A stretch of DNA of 64,000 nt from an uncultured Pleurocapsa sp. (GCA_964614405.1 CAZTLS010000012.1:1678-65677), one strand, 5' to 3'. Positions 9,763-19,240 are shown, numbered from the stretch's first letter. The notes: generated by a model not told the origin, from the letters alone. A program made the numbers and translations.

Positions 9763-10917
9763 TCAGAAGCGCCCGTTGAGCGAGTCGGCATAGCCGGTCA
9801 GCTCGGCATAGCCGAACCCGGTCACATCCCCGCTGAGGCGCACCGCGCCCTCCCAGTAGGCGATCCCGCTGCTGTGCAGTTCCTGATCCGCCATCATCGG
9901 GTCGGCGCGGAAGGTGAACGCCTCGCTGCCAGGCGGCGTCACGGTGACCGTCCACCCCGCCGGGTAGACCGCGCCCGTGTACGGACTCGCCCATGACCCG
10001 GTGGCGGTGATGGTGAAGCTGTCCGAAGGCAGGTAGGTCGTGCCACCGTCGGCGTCGATGAGCAAGCCGCCGAAATACGGGTCGCGCCCGCCGTCTCTGA
10101 GGCGAATCTGCCCGATCATCAGTTCGCGCCCGTCGTCGAACTGCAAACCGAACCAGTCCCAGCCGTAAGCGTCCCCGCCGAGCGCGCTGGTGCTGAATTC
10201 GTGATCCTTCCAGGTATTGCCGCGCACGGTGAACGTCTCGCCGCCGATGCGGATCGTGCCTTCGGTGGGCATCCGCGACAGGGTGTAGTAGTGGCTGGCA
10301 TTGCCTGGTTCGGCGCTTTTGGCGCTCAACCCGCGATCGCCCTGCAAGGCGGGCGGCTTGATCTGTTGCATCGTCAGGTCGATGGCGAAATCGCCTGCGT
10401 CGGCGGTGATGCGCCGCGCCGTCACCGCCGGGTCAAGCCCGGCGATCTGCCAGCCCTCCAGCCACACGCGCAGCGTCGGCTCCGTCTCCGCCCCGGCAAG
10501 CCCTGCCCCGCCGCGCACCAGACGCGACTCGTGCAGGTAGCGCCCCCCGGCGATGTCTGACACGCCGAAATGCGCCATGTAGACCTGATTGGTGCGCCAC
10601 TCCGACGCGCTGTCGGCGTTCTGCGCGCTGATGGCACGGCGGAAGATGGTGAACTGATAGCCGAAATGCCGCCCGTCGTCGGTTTGCAGGTTGCCCGTGT
10701 AATACCACCATTCGGTCTGATACTCCGGGTGCGCGCCAAAATCGCGCGGGAAGTCCCACTGGCGCGGGGCGAAGGCGCGGGCGAAGCCGGAAATGTCGCT
10801 TTCGCCGCGCAGCAGCACCGCCCCGCTCTCCACCGGGGCATCCCCGCCGCCGATCGCGCTGAACCCGGCGATCACCACCGCCAGCACCACCAAACCCGCC
10901 AGCACCAGCCGAATCAT
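9763..10917 (-). CDS. AttH/CrtC-like lipocalin-domain (carotenoid 1,2-hydratase family) secreted protein
   Basis: FPRDFGAHPEYQTEWWYYTGNL, WKDHEFS, GWDWFGLQ, YWEGAV, GYAELTGY; N-terminal signal or anchor. Confidence 0.88.
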   Translation of the reverse strand: MIRLVLAGLVVLAVVIAGFSAIGGGDAPVESGAVLLRGESDISGFARAFAPRQWDFPRDFGAHPEYQTEWWYYTGNLQTDDGRHFGYQFTIFRRAISAQNADSASEWRTNQVYMAHFGVSDIAGGRYLHESRLVRGGAGLAGAETEPTLRVWLEGWQIAGLDPAVTARRITADAGDFAIDLTMQQIKPPALQGDRGLSAKSAEPGNASHYYTLSRMPTEGTIRIGGETFTVRGNTWKDHEFSTSALGGDAYGWDWFGLQFDDGRELMIGQIRLRDGGRDPYFGGLLIDADGGTTYLPSDSFTITATGSWASPYTGAVYPAGWTVTVTPPGSEAFTFRADPMMADQELHSSGIAYWEGAVRLSGDVTGFGYAELTGYADSLNGRF

Positions 10918-11087
10918 ATCCGCCTCGCAGTTCGTTCACATCACCGTGTCGATCGTGAAAGATGGTACAAGGCGTGCATGAGCGCGGGCTGAGATTTGGC
11001 TGTGGGGATGAATGGGGATGGGGAAAAAGGGTACGGGCGGAGACATTGCCCCGCCCGTACCTGCTGCCTGAGGGTGCTGAAGGGGTT

Positions 11088-13229
11088 TTACCCTGCGCGA
11101 CCGACCAGTTCCACCGCGTCGATCTCGTTCCAGTTGCCGCCGATGCGCTGATCCAGCACGATCGTCACGGTATCGATCGGGGTGTTGACGCCGGTGATGT
11201 CTACCGTGAACACGCCTGGGCACGGGGTATTGCCTGGCGCGTCGGTGCTGTTCGGCAGGACGAACGTCTGCCCGGTGCGCGAATTGCCCACTTCCACGCG
11301 GATGATCGAGCCTGGGTTGTAGGTCTGGTAGATGTTCACCTGTGCCGGGATGACGGGGGTGGTGTAAGTCAGCGTCAGGCTGTCCTGACCGCGGCTGCTC
11401 GACGATGCCCACGCGCTGCTGATGTCACCGCAGGCGTTGGTGTTCGGTGCGCCGGTCGCCTGGGTGAAGCTCCAGCCGCTCGACCCGTACTGGCTGGTCC
11501 CTGTGGCGCTGGCTGCCCACTGGCGGATGGCTGCGCCCGCCGGGGAGGATGTCGCCGGGGCGTCGCTGAGCGAAACCAGGCTGTATGCGCCGCGACCGCC
11601 GATGCCGAGCTGGAACGCACCCGTCCCGGTGCGGCTGAAGCTGGTCGCCTCGATGATGTAGTTGCCACTGGTGGCGACAGCGAAATCACGAATGCGCGAA
11701 TTGAGCGAACCGAACTGCGCATCGCCGGAGTCGTCGTTGGTCACGAGAGGCTGCCCGTTGGGGTAGTTGGCTTCAGCGAACAGCGACAGGAAGGGGTCGA
11801 AGACGAAATTGACCGCTGCCAGTTCGAGGGTGATCACGTCGCCCGCCGCCAGATTGACGCGGTACGCCTGACGCGGGGCGTTCGTGGTCAGTTCGCCCTC
11901 GACGATGGCGCTGCCCGACACCAGTTCGGTCGGCACTTCGACGACGATCGGGGTCAGGGTGTATGCGCCGCGCCCGCCGATGCCCAGCTGGAACGCACCC
12001 GTCCCCAGTCGGCTCAGGCTGGTCGCTTCGATGATGTAGTCCCCGCTGGTGGGGATGGTCAGGGCGGCAATGCGCGAGTTGAGCGTGCCGAATGCCATAT
12101 CGCCGGAGTCGTCGTTGCTCGCCAGCGCTGCGCCGCTCGGATAATCGGCTTGGGCATAGATCGACAGGAAGGCATCGAATTCACGATTGACCGATGCCAG
12201 TTCGAGGGTGATCACGTCGCCCGCCGCCAGATTGACGCGGTACGCCTGACGCAGGGCGTTCGTGGTCAGTTCGCCCTCGACGATGGCGCTGCCCGACACC
12301 AGATTGGCGCGCGAGGTGATGGTGACCGGGATCAGGACATACGAGTTGTCTCCGCCGATGCCCAGTTGGAACGCGCCCGTGCCGATGCGGCTCAGGCTGG
12401 TGGCTTCGATGATGTAGCTGCCGCTGGTGGGGATGGTCAGGGCGGCAATGCGCGAGTTGAGCGTGCCGAACGCCATATCTCCGGAGTCGTCGTTGCTCGC
12501 CAGAGCTGCGCCGCCGGGATAATCGGCTTCGGCGTAGATCGACAGGAAGGCGTCGAAGGCGCGATCGACGGCTGCCAGTTCGATGGTGACGCGATCGCCC
12601 GCCGTCAGCTCGACGCGGTAGGTCTGCACCGGGGCAGTATTGGTCAGCTCCCCGTCCACGATGGACTTGCCAGACACCAGGTTGGTGGGGGTGGCGGGCG
12701 CTTCATAGCGGATGGTGGGCAGCAGCGTCTGCGAGAGGGTCGCGCCGGGGCTGTTCTGCACCACCTGCACCAGCACGAGGATGATCGCGCCGTCGATGTC
12801 CAGCGCGTACAGTTCAGCATAGCCGGACGGCACAGCCAGCGAACGCACCTTCGCCGTCACGCCGTTCAGACCATCCTGCGTGTAGGGGGTGATCGGCGCG
12901 CTGACGCGCAGTAAGCCCATGATCTCGCTGAGTGTCTGCTCCGGGTCGATCGGCGTCATGCCGATTTGGGCGAAAAAGCTGGGCGGGACGATCGACATGG
13001 CGACATCGGTCGGTGCGAGGGTCCCCTGCGAGTCGCGCAGCAGGGTCATGGCGGCGTCGCTGCTGCCCAGAATGATGCCGCCCTCCGGCGAGTTTTCTGC
13101 CTGCCAGCCGCTCGGCACGTTGACCGTCAGCCCGCCGTTCGAGTAGGTGCTGCCCTGTGCGGCAGCCATCGACGCCATGCCCAGCGCGCACACCAGCATC
13201 ACTGCCAGTGCAAAAAGAGACCGTTTCAT
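11088..13229 (-). CDS. Secreted protein with three tandem PPC (pre-peptidase C-terminal)-like repeats and a C-terminal discoidin-like domain
   Basis: Signal peptide MKRSLFALAV; three 126-aa repeats with FD(A/P)FLS..NDDSG..NSRI..SG.YIIEATS; C-terminal QWAASATGTSQYG..NEIDAVELVG. Confidence 0.8.
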   Translation of the reverse strand: MKRSLFALAVMLVCALGMASMAAAQGSTYSNGGLTVNVPSGWQAENSPEGGIILGSSDAAMTLLRDSQGTLAPTDVAMSIVPPSFFAQIGMTPIDPEQTLSEIMGLLRVSAPITPYTQDGLNGVTAKVRSLAVPSGYAELYALDIDGAIILVLVQVVQNSPGATLSQTLLPTIRYEAPATPTNLVSGKSIVDGELTNTAPVQTYRVELTAGDRVTIELAAVDRAFDAFLSIYAEADYPGGAALASNDDSGDMAFGTLNSRIAALTIPTSGSYIIEATSLSRIGTGAFQLGIGGDNSYVLIPVTITSRANLVSGSAIVEGELTTNALRQAYRVNLAAGDVITLELASVNREFDAFLSIYAQADYPSGAALASNDDSGDMAFGTLNSRIAALTIPTSGDYIIEATSLSRLGTGAFQLGIGGRGAYTLTPIVVEVPTELVSGSAIVEGELTTNAPRQAYRVNLAAGDVITLELAAVNFVFDPFLSLFAEANYPNGQPLVTNDDSGDAQFGSLNSRIRDFAVATSGNYIIEATSFSRTGTGAFQLGIGGRGAYSLVSLSDAPATSSPAGAAIRQWAASATGTSQYGSSGWSFTQATGAPNTNACGDISSAWASSSSRGQDSLTLTYTTPVIPAQVNIYQTYNPGSIIRVEVGNSRTGQTFVLPNSTDAPGNTPCPGVFTVDITGVNTPIDTVTIVLDQRIGGNWNEIDAVELVGRAG
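11547..12680 (-). repeat. Three intragenic tandem repeats, 378-bp period
   Basis: Equivalent Leu codons of LVSG at 12680, 12302 and 11924, each 378 bp apart; long identical DNA tracts. Confidence 0.9.
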
Positions 13230-13334
13230 CAAAACACCCTCCAGTCGTATGTGAGACGATGCCGTCACCATAGCACAGAGGGCGTTTCAAAAACGTTTCA
13301 TCCGTCGCGCAAAACGGGCTGCCGGGTGAAACGA

Positions 13335-13784
13335 TCAGGTGTTCTCTTCAGCGATGACTGCATCAACCCATTTTTCGATGAACACCTGCGGTTCGGTGAA
13401 GGCGCGGTGGACCGGGCAGCGCGTGGCGATGTCGAGCAGGCGGTCTTTCTGCTCATCGGTCAGGTCGCCCAGAAAAACGATGTTCTGGGTGAACTGGCGC
13501 ACATGCTGCGACTCGCCTGTATACTGGGGAACCTCTTCGCGCTTCAGGCGTTCGGTCGAAAGATCGATCTCCACGCCGCGCAAATCCCAGCCCTTACGCC
13601 CGGCGTACAGTTTGGCGGTGATCGCGGCGCAGCTCCCCAGCGCAGCGAGCATCAGCTCGGTCGGCTTTGGACCGAGATCAAGCCCGCCGTCGGCGATCGG
13701 CTCATCGGCGGTCAGGGTGAACTGGCGGATTTTGATCGTGGTGGTCAGGTTATCGGACAGGGCGACTCTGGCTTGCGTGGTCAT
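13335..13784 (-). CDS. OsmC/Ohr family protein
   Basis: ADEPIADGGLDLGPKPTELMLAALGSC and RCPVH (two conserved Cys). Confidence 0.92.
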   Translation of the reverse strand: MTTQARVALSDNLTTTIKIRQFTLTADEPIADGGLDLGPKPTELMLAALGSCAAITAKLYAGRKGWDLRGVEIDLSTERLKREEVPQYTGESQHVRQFTQNIVFLGDLTDEQKDRLLDIATRCPVHRAFTEPQVFIEKWVDAVIAEENT

Positions 13785-13876
13785 AGCATGTGAACTCCAG
13801 CATTCAGCGAACCGTTATGTTGGATTCGACGCGCGGCTGAGGGATGATCTTACAGCGCAAAAGGCGGCGCACGCAC

Positions 13877-16231
13877 TCATGCCATGCGCTCAAAATCGAT
13901 GAACTGGCGCACTTCTTCGCTATCCAGCGGGCGACCCGGCGTGACGATCAGGTAGCTGTCCGCCCAGAGGGCGTCGGGCGTGACCTCCGGGTGCAGCGCG
14001 CCGATGAGCGCCGCCGATCGCGCTTTGAGATCGCGCACGACGCGCAGCGGCGACTCGCCGCCAGGCACATCGGCGAACACATACACCGCCTCCTCACTGA
14101 CCTCGATGTGGTGCAGCGTCCAGCCCGCCTCCCGAAGCTGAACATCCAGCCCGGCGCGCACCGCCCTCACCGCCGCGCTGCTCAGGCGGGAGTCGGCATC
14201 GCGCAGCAGCCAGACGCACGCCAGCGGATCGCGCGCGATTTCAGCATCGACGCGGGCGACGGGGAGCGGGGCGGGTGGTGCAGGTTCGACGACTTCCGGC
14301 ACAGCGCGCAGCGCCTCGATCAGGCGTGCCCCCTGACGGCGGATGTCGCCCATCGGCGTCGTGCCTTTGAAGATCAGGGTGAGCGTGCCGCCTTCGGTGC
14401 GGCAGGTGTAGAGCAGGTAGTCGCGTCCGGTATCCGGCTGGGTGACGAACTGCACGCGCGCATCGCGGCGGTCGGTCTCATGGGCGGAGAGGATGGCGGG
14501 CTGCAAGGCGATCAGCTCATCGGTGGGCATCCGCCCCGCCTGAGCGATGATCTCCCCGGCGCGCAGCAGCAGCGCGGCTTCGGCGGTCGTCTCCAGCGCG
14601 GCATGGGTGAGCGTGAGCGCCATCTGTGCGGTGGCTTCGCCGTGCGCGGGGGGCGGGGCGACGGGTTCGGGTAGGGCGGTCGGCGCAGGCGGGCGCGGGT
14701 CGAACGCCGCCATGCGCTCGAACTGGGTATTGAAGTCTTCGGTATACCATTCCCCCCATTCGTCATCGACCCCGGTCTCCAGCGAGAACGCGGGGACAGC
14801 GGGTTCGGGCAGGCTGGGGGGCGGCGGCGCAGGCGGGGGAGAAATGAACTGCTGGGTCAGGTCGCCGGCGCGCGGCTGTGCTTCCAGGCGCTCCGTCTCC
14901 ATGAGATCGGGGCGCGGCTCGAAGCGCTGCGCCTGCGATGCGCGGGTCGTCTGGTCGGGCAGGGCGGCATCCTGTGCTGCCAGCGCCATCGTCGCTTCTC
15001 TGGCGGCGCGCCACCGGGCGATCGCCTGATCGCGCACGTGGGCAGGCATGGGGCGAAAACGCGGGACGAACCCTGGAAACTGGGCTTCGAGGTCGTCGAG
15101 CAGTTCGTCGATCGAGAAATCGCCGCGCACGGCGGTCTGCTGGAGGGTGCGCTCCAGAATGGCTTTGGCGGGTGACTGTTCGGGCAGCGGATCGAACTCG
15201 AAGGTGGGCGTGATGCTGGGCAGCGGCGGCGCGATGACCGGGATGGGAGGCGGTGCGGCATCGCTGGCGGGGACCTCCACCGCGTCGCGGCGGCGGGCAG
15301 GTTTGAACAGGTCGGACGACTCTTCGTTCACCTGCTCGCCGCGCAGCAGTTTCAGCACGCGGTCGAAGCCGCGATCGCCCGCCCCGCTGAACAGCTCGCT
15401 GATCGTGCCGCCTTCCTGAAAGGTGGGCAGGGGCGGTTCATCGCGCAGAAGCTGCTGATAGCGCCCCATCGCATCATCGGCGGGCGACGGCTGAGCAGGG
15501 ACACGATCGGTCTCTTCCTGCGCGCCAAAACTCATCTCTGCCCCGCCGCGTATGATGAACTCCGCCATGCGCGATCCTGGGGTAGGGGCATCCTGGCGCA
15601 GCGCGTTGACCAGCGCGTCAAAGTCGGCACGGTGCTGGCGCAGCGGCGCGGCGACGGACTGCGGGTCGCTGGGCGTCGCGCCGTCGTCAGGGGCGGGATC
15701 GTCGTCAGGGACGGCATGGCGCGCCATGTCGCTGCCCATCTCGCGCAGCACCGCCGCGATGCTGTCGGTTGGTTCGGGCAGGGTATCGGGCGGCGGCGGG
15801 ATGGGGTCGTCCATGAAAAAATCGGGTTGCAGCAGCCCGTTGTGCCTGGCGGCATGAGGGATGCTGCGCGCGGGCTGTTCGCCACGCCACGCCTCGATCA
15901 GGCGCAGCAGGTCTGCCGGGCGATAATCGACGGGCAGCCCGGCGTCTGCACCGAGCTTCGCCAGCAGCTCTTCGCCTGGCGGAGGCACGACGATGATCAG
16001 CATCTCCGGCTGCACCATCCGCAGCCCGGCGATCGCCCCGGCAGCCGCCGCCGCGCCGAGGCTGGCGAGGTCGATCACGGCGGCATCCTGAGGATGCTCC
16101 TGGGCATACTCGATGGCGGCGTCCGGCGTGGTGAAGGGATGCACCTCACAGCGCGCCGCGCGTTCGATCGCCTGCTTGCTGGCGATCGCCGCGCTCAGCC
16201 TGCCGTGCAGGATCAGGATCGGCGTGATCAT
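13877..16231 (-). CDS. Multidomain protein: receiver-like N-terminus, disordered linker, Roadblock/LC7-like domain, degenerate IS200/Y1 transposase-like C-terminus
   Basis: N-terminal ILIL..DAAVID; C-terminal WTLHHIEVSEEAVYVFADVP..SP..VVRDLKARSA..LWADSYLIVT..EEVRQFI follows the IS200 TnpA pattern by eye. Confidence 0.7.
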   Translation of the reverse strand: MITPILILHGRLSAAIASKQAIERAARCEVHPFTTPDAAIEYAQEHPQDAAVIDLASLGAAAAAGAIAGLRMVQPEMLIIVVPPPGEELLAKLGADAGLPVDYRPADLLRLIEAWRGEQPARSIPHAARHNGLLQPDFFMDDPIPPPPDTLPEPTDSIAAVLREMGSDMARHAVPDDDPAPDDGATPSDPQSVAAPLRQHRADFDALVNALRQDAPTPGSRMAEFIIRGGAEMSFGAQEETDRVPAQPSPADDAMGRYQQLLRDEPPLPTFQEGGTISELFSGAGDRGFDRVLKLLRGEQVNEESSDLFKPARRRDAVEVPASDAAPPPIPVIAPPLPSITPTFEFDPLPEQSPAKAILERTLQQTAVRGDFSIDELLDDLEAQFPGFVPRFRPMPAHVRDQAIARWRAAREATMALAAQDAALPDQTTRASQAQRFEPRPDLMETERLEAQPRAGDLTQQFISPPPAPPPPSLPEPAVPAFSLETGVDDEWGEWYTEDFNTQFERMAAFDPRPPAPTALPEPVAPPPAHGEATAQMALTLTHAALETTAEAALLLRAGEIIAQAGRMPTDELIALQPAILSAHETDRRDARVQFVTQPDTGRDYLLYTCRTEGGTLTLIFKGTTPMGDIRRQGARLIEALRAVPEVVEPAPPAPLPVARVDAEIARDPLACVWLLRDADSRLSSAAVRAVRAGLDVQLREAGWTLHHIEVSEEAVYVFADVPGGESPLRVVRDLKARSAALIGALHPEVTPDALWADSYLIVTPGRPLDSEEVRQFIDFERMA

Positions 16232-16302
16232 GGTCGTTTGCCTTGCGTGCTATGGCGTGGGTGAGCGGGCTGACCGTTCACCCACGCGGCGTGCCGGATG
16301 GA

Positions 16303-17460
16303 TCAGGGCGACGGGTTGACGGTGATGCTGATGAAGCCGATGTTGTTCACCTCGCTGATCTCTGTCACCTGCGAGTCGGAGTCGGCACGCGCCTGAAGGG
16401 TGAACGTGCCCGGCGTGGTGAAGGTGATGTCCGCCGTCAGCGCGATCGTCTCGCCTGGGCGCAGCCCCGCCACCACGCCGAGCGCCATCGTGCCGCCAGC
16501 GGGCAGGCTGATCGTGTTGTTGAACTGCCCGGCGATGCCGCCCCCGGTGTTGGTGATCGTGACAGTGTAACGCCGTGTGACGGGCGTGTTGCCCGCGCCC
16601 AGCGCCACAACCGTTTCGCCCGTGATCGTCGGCACGACCAGATCGGGCAAGCCCGTCGTGGGCGTGGCGGTGGGCGGCTGGATGACGGTCGGCGTCAGGG
16701 TCAGGGTAGGCGTCCATGACGGGATGACCTGGCTGGTTGGCGTTGGGGGCAGCGGCGGGATGATCACCGACGAGCAGTTGCCGAACAGCGTGACGAACTG
16801 GTTGCTCACCCAGCCGGTCGTCGTGCCGACGCGCACCTGCCACCAGCCGTTATCCGGGGTGCGCCCGGTGATCGGGGCGACCGTGCCTGTGTTCAGCACC
16901 AGGATGCGCGGGAAGACGACATCCGGTCCGGTGCGGAGGTTGAGCGGCGCGTTGACCTGAAGGCGGCAGGTCAGGTCGATCGGGTTGGGCGGTGAGGTGA
17001 TGATGATCGGCGGCGCGGACGTGGCGGGCGCACGAGTGACGGTGGGCGGCGTGCCGACGTTCAGACGAATTTCAGCGGCAGTGCTGCTCACCGAGCCGCG
17101 AAAGGCGATCGCCTGAAGCAGCAGCGTCCCCATCTGCGTTGGGGTGTATTCAAACACGACGGTGAACACACGATCGCCGCCGGAATTGGCGGAGGTTTCC
17201 GAGCGTACCGCCAGCCCATTGGCGAGAAGCTGCACGCGCGTGACGCCAACGTTGTCGGTGGCGGTCACGCTGACCAGCACCACCTGATTGACGGCGACCT
17301 GTTCGCCATCGCGCGGGGAAGTGATGCTGACGGACGGCGGCACGGCGCTGTTGGCAGTGGGCGTGGCAGCGTTCTGGCTGGTCAGGTTGCAGGCTGCCAG
17401 CAGGAACAGCAGGGGGATAAGCGCCAGGGCGCGGCGCGAAAAAGACATGCGGGTCGTCAT
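16303..17460 (-). CDS. Lipoprotein with Ig-like, SH3b and CARDB domains
   Basis: Lipobox LLAAC; VSITSPRDG Ig-like domain; LNLRTGP..WWQV..GWVS SH3b; PDLVV..VTITNTG..DSDSQVTEISEVNN CARDB; Thr/Pro linkers. Confidence 0.85.
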   Translation of the reverse strand: MTTRMSFSRRALALIPLLFLLAACNLTSQNAATPTANSAVPPSVSITSPRDGEQVAVNQVVLVSVTATDNVGVTRVQLLANGLAVRSETSANSGGDRVFTVVFEYTPTQMGTLLLQAIAFRGSVSSTAAEIRLNVGTPPTVTRAPATSAPPIIITSPPNPIDLTCRLQVNAPLNLRTGPDVVFPRILVLNTGTVAPITGRTPDNGWWQVRVGTTTGWVSNQFVTLFGNCSSVIIPPLPPTPTSQVIPSWTPTLTLTPTVIQPPTATPTTGLPDLVVPTITGETVVALGAGNTPVTRRYTVTITNTGGGIAGQFNNTISLPAGGTMALGVVAGLRPGETIALTADITFTTPGTFTLQARADSDSQVTEISEVNNIGFISITVNPSP

Positions 17461-17554
17461 GAGCCCTTCCTTGACTTGGCAGGGACGCCAGTTCGATTCT
17501 CAATTCCCCATTATATAGGCGAATTGCGCGTGCGCATCACACCGGGGCTGCAAC

Positions 17555-19240
17555 TCACCGGATGCGGCGGTCAGCGGGCTTGATCGGCGCGGGCGTGGCG
17601 TATCCCCCGGTCAGGCGCTGCATGGCGGCGTAGAAGGCGTCGTCATAGGCGCGCGTGCGGACGACGACGGGCATCGGCACGGCGTGCCCCATGATGATCA
17701 CCTGCTGTTTGGTGTCGAGGCGGCTGAGGACTTCGCGCAAGCCCGCCGCGCCGCTGACGCCCATCAGCACGGCGGTGATGTCACGCTCGTTATCCAGCAG
17801 CGCCGTCACGCGCGTCCCGATCTGGCTCATCACTTCCTCGTCGATGCCGCTCGGTCGCTGATCGACCACCAGCAGCGTCACCTTGTACTTGCGCAGTTCA
17901 CGGGCGATGATGCCGAAGGTCGTCTGGTTGGCGATCTTCGGGTCGAGGAATTTGTGCGCCTCTTCGATGACGATCAGCAGCTGCGGCGGTTCGTGCGCCT
18001 TGTCACCCAGCGCTTTCTCCACCCGTTCGATGTACAACTCGTGAATGCGGCGCGTCAGGTAGTTGGCGACCAGCATGTACGCCTCCAGCGAGTTGCCCCA
18101 GCGCCCGAACTCCAGCACCACACTGCGCCCGTTCTCGATGGCGTGCATGATCTGCGCCACGCTGTCGTTCGCTCCATCGCGCGCGAGGAAATGCCATTTC
18201 TCGAAACGCTGAAGCCGCCGCTGAAGCGCCGCCAGCGTGCCGGCGCGGTGCGGCGAGTCCGCTTTGATGGCATCGAACTCGGCTGCCCCGGCGTCGATCA
18301 GCTTCGCCACCCAGCGCGCGCCCCATTCCTTGCGGAGCATCCGCGCCGCGTCGAGCATCGCGTCGGACAGGTTCATGGTCACGCGCAGGCTTTCGAGGTC
18401 TTCCGGTTCGATCTCGTCATAGCCGATCTGCACGTCAAAATCGCTCTTGCCGCCGCGCCTGGCAGTCGATTCCGGGTCGAGCGAATACACGACCACCTGA
18501 TCCGCGCCGAGGAGCTGGCGCAAGCCCTTCGCCTGCACGCCGCGTTCATCACTCGCCGCCCAGCCGTAGTCGTTGTGCATGTCGAAGATGAGCGCCACCG
18601 CCTGCTTCTTGGCGATCACGCCCGCCAGCAGCAGCCGTGTCAGGAAGCTCTTGCCCGTGCCGCTCTTGCCGAACACGCCGATCGAGCGCTGCACGAGCGC
18701 TTTCAGGTCGAGATTGATCTGCGTGGCGTCCAGTTCGAGCGGCGAGCCGACGTGGAAATGCGTGGCGTCTTCAGGACCGAACACGGCGTTGACGTCGCCC
18801 GCCGTCGCATCGTAGACCTCCATGAAATGCCCAGGGATGGTCTTGACGGGCTTCGGCTTGCCCGCGTCTTCGCCTTCGCTGTCGATCGAGAGCAGCGGCT
18901 GCACGCTGATCTTGCCGTATGCCGCTGTGCCGCCGTAGACCGCCGCCATGAACGGATCGCTGAAATCGGGCGGGGCAGACTGGATGTCCGGGTTGGTATT
19001 GTCCAGCACTACATCGGTGATCATGCAGAAGAAGCGCTTCTTCTGCCCGCGCACCACCACATAGCGCCCGACGGCGAGCGTTTCGATCGGCACGCCGATG
19101 TCCAGCTTGACCGTCAACCCCTTGCTCAGCGAGCCGCCGACGATCACCCCCAGCCGGAAATCATCCGGGTTGGCGAGGAAGGAATCCCGCCCGCGCGCGA
19201 AAATCTGATCCAGGTCGTATGGCTGATCGCTGTACCCCAT
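17555..19240 (-). CDS. HerA/DUF87-family ATPase (HAS barrel plus P-loop)
   Basis: N-terminal beta-barrel, Walker A GKSGTGKS, FDMHNDYG, Walker B IVIEEAH, ARELRKY, DQRPS. Confidence 0.88.
   Translation of the reverse strand: MGYSDQPYDLDQIFARGRDSFLANPDDFRLGVIVGGSLSKGLTVKLDIGVPIETLAVGRYVVVRGQKKRFFCMITDVVLDNTNPDIQSAPPDFSDPFMAAVYGGTAAYGKISVQPLLSIDSEGEDAGKPKPVKTIPGHFMEVYDATAGDVNAVFGPEDATHFHVGSPLELDATQINLDLKALVQRSIGVFGKSGTGKSFLTRLLLAGVIAKKQAVALIFDMHNDYGWAASDERGVQAKGLRQLLGADQVVVYSLDPESTARRGGKSDFDVQIGYDEIEPEDLESLRVTMNLSDAMLDAARMLRKEWGARWVAKLIDAGAAEFDAIKADSPHRAGTLAALQRRLQRFEKWHFLARDGANDSVAQIMHAIENGRSVVLEFGRWGNSLEAYMLVANYLTRRIHELYIERVEKALGDKAHEPPQLLIVIEEAHKFLDPKIANQTTFGIIARELRKYKVTLLVVDQRPSGIDEEVMSQIGTRVTALLDNERDITAVLMGVSGAAGLREVLSRLDTKQQVIIMGHAVPMPVVVRTRAYDDAFYAAMQRLTGGYATPAPIKPADRRIR

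Noticed and set aside
10962-12914. Long opposite-strand and alternative-frame ORFs (e.g. 10962-12914+, 17684-19369+, 24544-26361+, 36590-38767-, 50288-52249+, 58860-61175+)
   Set aside because: They are shadows of well-supported genes in high-GC DNA where stop codons are rare, and they have no recognisable motifs.
13877-14240. Active IS200/IS605 insertion sequence
   Set aside because: The HUH and catalytic Tyr are not conserved, there is no tnpB or terminal hairpins, and the domain is fused in frame to a long host-like protein.
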